A stretch of 63,529 nucleotides of DNA, the filler included, from Neolecta irregularis DAH-3 (lineage: Eukaryota): assembly GCA_001929475.1 (NCBI GenBank). It is 7 parts of 7 records of this genome, joined end to end, with 100 filler letters (N's around TTAATTAATTAA, not from the genome) between each part and the next. Parts side by side here need not be neighbours in the genome. Positions count along the whole stretch, not along the records: positions 57,595 to 62,220 come from LXFE01000761.1; positions 62,321 to 63,529 come from LXFE01000788.1; 5 more parts are not named here. One strand, written 5' to 3'. Positions 59,054 through 63,529 of the stretch are shown here, in pieces (the stretch's first letter is position 1; every line of letters begins with the position of its first letter). Below the pieces are notes generated by a model, which was not told the origin of the DNA, did not search any database, and worked only from the letters and a program-made list of their open reading frames with translations. The position numbers were made by a program, and so were the translations under genes.

Positions 59054-60695
59054 CTACCGCCCCGCGCCGAACCTGCGCTCGGCACCTGCAATACACTCGA
59101 TGTTCGCCTTGAGCTTGTTCAGCGTCTCCTCGTACTCGTCGTGCGGATCCGAGTCGTGCACAATGCCGCCGCCTGCCATCAGCAACACCCACACGCCGGC
59201 CACATACCCGCCTGCAGATACGCGACGCCGTCCTTGAACACCATCGTGCGCAGCGCAATACACGTATCCATGCTCTGCCCGTCGTAGCCCCAGCGCCCTA
59301 CGGCGCCCGCATAGACGCCCCGCCGCTCCCCCTCCAGCTCCGCAATCAGCTCCATCGCCCTGACTTTCGGCGCCCCAGACACCGTCCCCGCCGGAAATAT
59401 CGACCGGAACGCATCAAACCGCGTCTTGTCCGGCCGCAGCACGCCAGACACCTCAGACACAAGATGCATCACATGCGAATACCGCTCAACATCCATCAGC
59501 CGGTCAACCCGGGTCGACTCGTAGTCGCACACCCGGTTCACGTCGTTCCGCGCAAGATCGACAAGCATGACATGCTCAGCCCGGTCCTTGGCTGACCCCA
59601 AAAGCTTGGCTGCCAATGCATCGTCCTCTGCTTTGTTATTCGTGCCGTTTGTGACTGCTATACCCTGCAGCGTCTTGCCCCGGTGAACAGTCCCCGCTAT
59701 GGGATGCGTGTAGATCCGCCCCTTGTCTTGTTTGACCAGCAGCTCGGGACTCGCTCCTACAACCTGGAAATTCCCACAATCAATGTAAAACATATACGGA
59801 CACGGATTCACCCTTCTCAAGTTCCGATACACATTGAACGGGTGCAGCGACGTCGGGCGCGATAGCCGCTGGGATGGAACAGCTTGAATCACATCCCCCT
59901 TCTTGATATGTTCTTTAAGCTTCAAAACATGGCTCTCGTATCCCTCTTGCCCAATATTTGATGTAAACTGGTTCCCACTCACAATCGCCGGCTGGATCGG
60001 ATACTGCACTTCCTTGGCATCCAATTTCCATGCAATCAAATTAATAGTCTCTTGGGCTTTATCGTATTCTGCCTCGAGTTCATTTAAATCTTGCGGTATC
60101 TTCACATGGACAATGATCTTTATCTCCTGATAAAAATTGTCAAATACAACAACCCAATCGTAAAACATAAATAGCGACTCGGGTATTCCTAGGGGATCCT
60201 TGAGCGGTCGAGCAACTTTGGGTTCAAAGTACTTTACACAGTCATACGACACATAGCCCATTGCTCCTCCTGAAATATTAATTACAATCACACGTAGTGA
60301 AAAGACCGGGAAACGGCGGCAAGACAGGTAATTCAATAATACGCTGCTCATTCAGGATTCTCTCCAACTCAATCAACGGATCGTGTTCGCCGCCAAAGTT
60401 CTTTCCGCTGGTGATCACCTTGTGCGGATCTGTGCATCAGTAAATATCTGTTATACAGTGGACTCCTACCAGCGCCGATAAAGCTGTACCTCCCGACATG
60501 CTCTCCTCCAGTCGCACTTTCCAATAGAAACGAATATTTCGAATTCCGGGCAAGCTTAAGATATGCGGTAGTCGTAGTAAGTGAATCCGCAGGCACAGTC
60601 GCATAAACAGGTATCAGCGTCGGTGATGTTTTCGCATTATCCTGGATCATTTCTCGTAGGATACGCAACTCTGGCTGAACGGTAACTTGCGACAT
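59054..60695 (-). CDS. TRP2: Anthranilate synthase component I
   Basis: [46 protein letters not shown] and AGGGIVHDS. Confidence 0.96.
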
Positions 60696-61280
60696 GGTCC
60701 GTCGTTTCGTCTGGACTGGCGAATGGAAAGCTGCCAGCTCACGACCTGGGGTTGGGTGCTGATGGGGAATTGGATTGGATTTGCCGACGTAGAAGAGTAA
60801 CTACGTATATTGAATATCAGGTGAAAGCCTAGCCAGTCCGGCGCTACTTATTTAAGCGTCATTATTGCTGCAAGTAGCATGTTCCAAGGCATCATCTGTT
60901 TGACGCGAATGAGCAAGATTACGGATCTGGAAATATTTTTTAAAGTTGCCCGAAAATTTTTACGATGGAGAATGTTTCAGCTATGCAAGTTCAATTTTGA
61001 GAGTCTGAAATAGGGGGCTTGTTAAGTAGCCGACCGTGCAGCAGAGTTTCAAGAATTACGGGACCTGCTGATCCTGAAGCATTGATGGCCCGCCGATTTG
61101 CACATGGTCTTGAATGGATCAAATTACATTCAGTTCACACCTAGCTATGATGACATCAACAAGCAGTAGATGCCGTACTAAATGGAGAAGCAGCATTGGC
61201 CTCACGTCTGTCGCGCAGAATCCGTCCCAAGGGTTAAAGTCAGTAAAAGGATGGAGATGGAGTGACTGTCGGTTGGTTTC

Positions 61281-61475
61281 TGTAACGTGTTGAGCTCTTG
61301 TGTACAAATAAAACTAGGTTATATTGCTTAATCTAAGCTTGTAGACTTTATGAGCTTAGGTTAAGGTATGCCCGCTGTCTTTATATACCTTCTAAATACA
61401 ATTGCCGTTATTTCTTTTCCGCCACTTGCTTCATTGGTAAGATATATCCGGTATTACCCCGGATATATCCTTACA
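61281..61475 (+). mobile_element. Solo LTR, 195 bp, with 5-bp TSD
   Basis: TGTAAC...CTTACA flanked by GTTTC on both sides (61276-61280 and 61476-61480). Confidence 0.8.
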
Positions 61476-61799
61476 GTTTCAGTGTTGTGGACGGGCCATG
61501 GGCTTTTCCCACACTGCAGTACAGGCTGGATTAGGCAGAGGACTGGTAGCAGTCACCCAATCCGGTGGAGTGGAGCGGGATGAGAAAGCAACCCAAATCC
61601 GGAAGAGGGAATGGAGTTCATGGGCCGGAAGAAGCGCTCTTGGACAGGTATTTAGGTAGGGGCTGGCGCAACTAACTCACCAGGCTTAAGTCTGTATACA
61701 TGCTACTAGTTGTTATCACATCGTTGTCACTCGACTGGACACATTGAAATTTCGAGATGAACAGAGTAAGCTCAAATCAAGGAGCTCAAGTTTCTCAAT

Positions 61800-62220
61800 A
61801 TGACGAGAAATCATCTACAAAACCATATGTTAGCAAGAAGAAAAGGATAATTTTCAGTCTTTTAGGCTTAATTCTTTTGATCGTAATGTAAAAAGATCTT
61901 GTAAAGAGTTGCACTTAAAAGCAAGGGTCATGATTCCTACTCTTATTGTCATATTCAAACCACAACAATTAGGACCGAAAAATTGGAAATCCATACTTGT
62001 CGATGATCAGAGTCTAAATCTAGATAAGCTTGGATTCGAGCATATTTACGTTATCGTGGCGAATCAAGAACGTCGTGATTATATGAACACGATATTAGAT
62101 TACCATAATCTCGATTATGAGATTTTCGACGCCCATTTGAAGAATAGTAATATTGTTGCAAAGTCGGTAGAGGATATGCTCCTCCTTGATCCCACAATAT
62201 CAGTTAACCTCGGAGCAATT
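61800..62220 (+). pseudogene. GT25-like glycosyltransferase fragment (disrupted 5' end, cut by the spacer)
   Basis: LGFEHIYVI...ERRDYM...LDYEIFDA...GAI resembles the GT25 N-terminus. The upstream TM-like frame contains stops. Confidence 0.45.
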
Positions 62221-62320
62221 NNNNNNNNNNNNNNNNNNNNNNNNNNNNNNNNNNNNNNNNNNNNTTAATTAATTAANNNNNNNNNNNNNNNNNNNNNNNN
62301 NNNNNNNNNNNNNNNNNNNN

Positions 62321-62424
62321 GACAGATACAGACAGATACAAATACAGACAGATACAGACAGATACAGACAGATACAGACAGATACATATACATACATTTC
62401 ATTATTTCATTATTTCATTATTTC
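62321..62424. repeat. Microsatellites (GACAGATACA)n and (TTTCATTA)n
   Basis: Visible tandem units next to the spacer. Confidence 0.9.
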
Positions 62425-63529
62425 ATCTCATACAATTGACGGGGCGATACAGTCGTTCTTGGTAAAAGCTAAGTGTTAAACAATTCGGGCAAGAAAGTAC
62501 CAGATTAAACGTGTTTCCAAAGTCGATTGCAACGGGAATAAGATCTTTGGGATCGCTGATGATATATTTGATATCGACAATGCGGGAAGAGTCTGATGAT
62601 TTTTCGTACAGGGATAGTCTGGAAACCGGGGGTTCGACGTTGAGTATGATTGAGGCGTGTTCGGACTCCCACTGAAGCAGCTTTTTTGGAAAGAGGCTTG
62701 TTGAAGGCGGCTGGGATGGCAGAGGGGAGTAGCCGAGGAGGTCGTACGATGAGTGTGAGATTCTGACCATTGAAGCAATGTCCCAATTACGGTATTGAGG
62801 ATCGTGGAGTTGTTTGTCGGGCAGGATTGAGATTGCCTTTGCGGATTCTCCGTACAGGATTGCAAACAGGTAGGCGGTGTGGAGGAATCTGATTCCGAGA
62901 AAGACGTCTTCAGCGACGAGGACGCGGAGGAGAGCAAAAGGAGAGGGGTCCTGGATGTGGACAAACCTTGTAAAAGTAGACGTAAAGTCTGGGTCAATAT
63001 CGAGGATGGATTGTTTCAAGAGATCGTCTCTGGGGAGCACGTCCAGGACTTGGGAGCAGGAGACGGTGGAGCGGTCGTGGTGCAGCGGGATGTATTCGTG
63101 GCCGAGATCCAAGGACGGCAGGCACGCGCGGGTCGGAGAGAGCTGAACAAGATGGACAGGCGCGGGGAGATCGTCGCCGGCGCTGGCGTCTGGGATGTGG
63201 ATTTGCATCTGCTTGGTGGGCGCGGAGGGGTCGTCGAACACGTGGGTTCTGTACTGGGCGCTGCCGCCTGCGGTGATGCTGAATTCGTGGGAGGAGGCTT
63301 CGTAGAAGGCGAGGGCGGCGGTGTCTGGGGAATACAGGAGGGCGATGTGGGAATGGGCGTCGGTCTCTGTGAGGACTTCGCAGACGGCGGCGCGGGGCGC
63401 GCGGGGCCGGGGCGGGAAGGCGTAGCAGTTGAGCAGGGCCGCTCTAAACGCGGGCAGCACTCTGGCGGCGTCGACGGGGATTTGGCCGGGCAGGGCGGCG
63501 GCGGCGGCGGCGGCGGGCGCGAGCACTGC
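62423..63529 (-). CDS. Hypothetical protein, 5' end beyond the window
   Basis: Open frame of 367 codons or more with a globular-looking composition. No family recognised. Confidence 0.65.
   Translation of the reverse strand, partial: AVLAPAAAAAAALPGQIPVDAARVLPAFRAALLNCYAFPPRPRAPRAAVCEVLTETDAHSHIALLYSPDTAALAFYEASSHEFSITAGGSAQYRTHVFDDPSAPTKQMQIHIPDASAGDDLPAPVHLVQLSPTRACLPSLDLGHEYIPLHHDRSTVSCSQVLDVLPRDDLLKQSILDIDPDFTSTFTRFVHIQDPSPFALLRVLVAEDVFLGIRFLHTAYLFAILYGESAKAISILPDKQLHDPQYRNWDIASMVRISHSSYDLLGYSPLPSQPPSTSLFPKKLLQWESEHASIILNVEPPVSRLSLYEKSSDSSRIVDIKYIISDPKDLIPVAIDFGNTFNLVLSCPNCLTLSFYQERLYRPVNCMR

Overview
Eukaryotic DNA from an ascomycete fungus. Very short introns (about 35-45 nt), frequent AAG acceptors and a T1:A72 initiator tRNA suggest an early-diverging, Taphrinomycotina/Neolecta-like species (inference). 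The window is a pseudomolecule of 7 segments joined by six artificial 100-nt N-TTAATTAATTAA-N spacers, so adjacency across spacers is unproven. Densely packed, intron-rich conserved genes include a WW protein, BRX1, an Atg43-like protein, a DevR/Esc1-like bHLH, PSO2, TSPO, HAP2, MNN10, PEP12, LMBD1-like, UTP13, IMPDH, DOM34, RPS19, RTC1, RPL40, a Pom1-like DYRK, IMP4, a mitochondrial carrier, ZRT and TRP2. They alternate with repeat-rich accessory blocks (about 5-19.5 kb, 29.7-34.7 kb, 60.8-62.2 kb) carrying solo LTRs, pogo/hAT-like non-autonomous elements and orphan secreted-protein genes. Highlights: a three-copy, fast-diverging family of secreted proteins with a PAN/apple-like domain fused to an unrecognised C-terminal domain; an snR54-type C/D snoRNA in an IMPDH intron; Atg43-like and Elongin-B-like genes visible only after splicing; several GC-AG introns; and GC-rich islands that cut across genes. 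Gene models were spliced by eye, family calls come from recognised motifs, and no database search was run.
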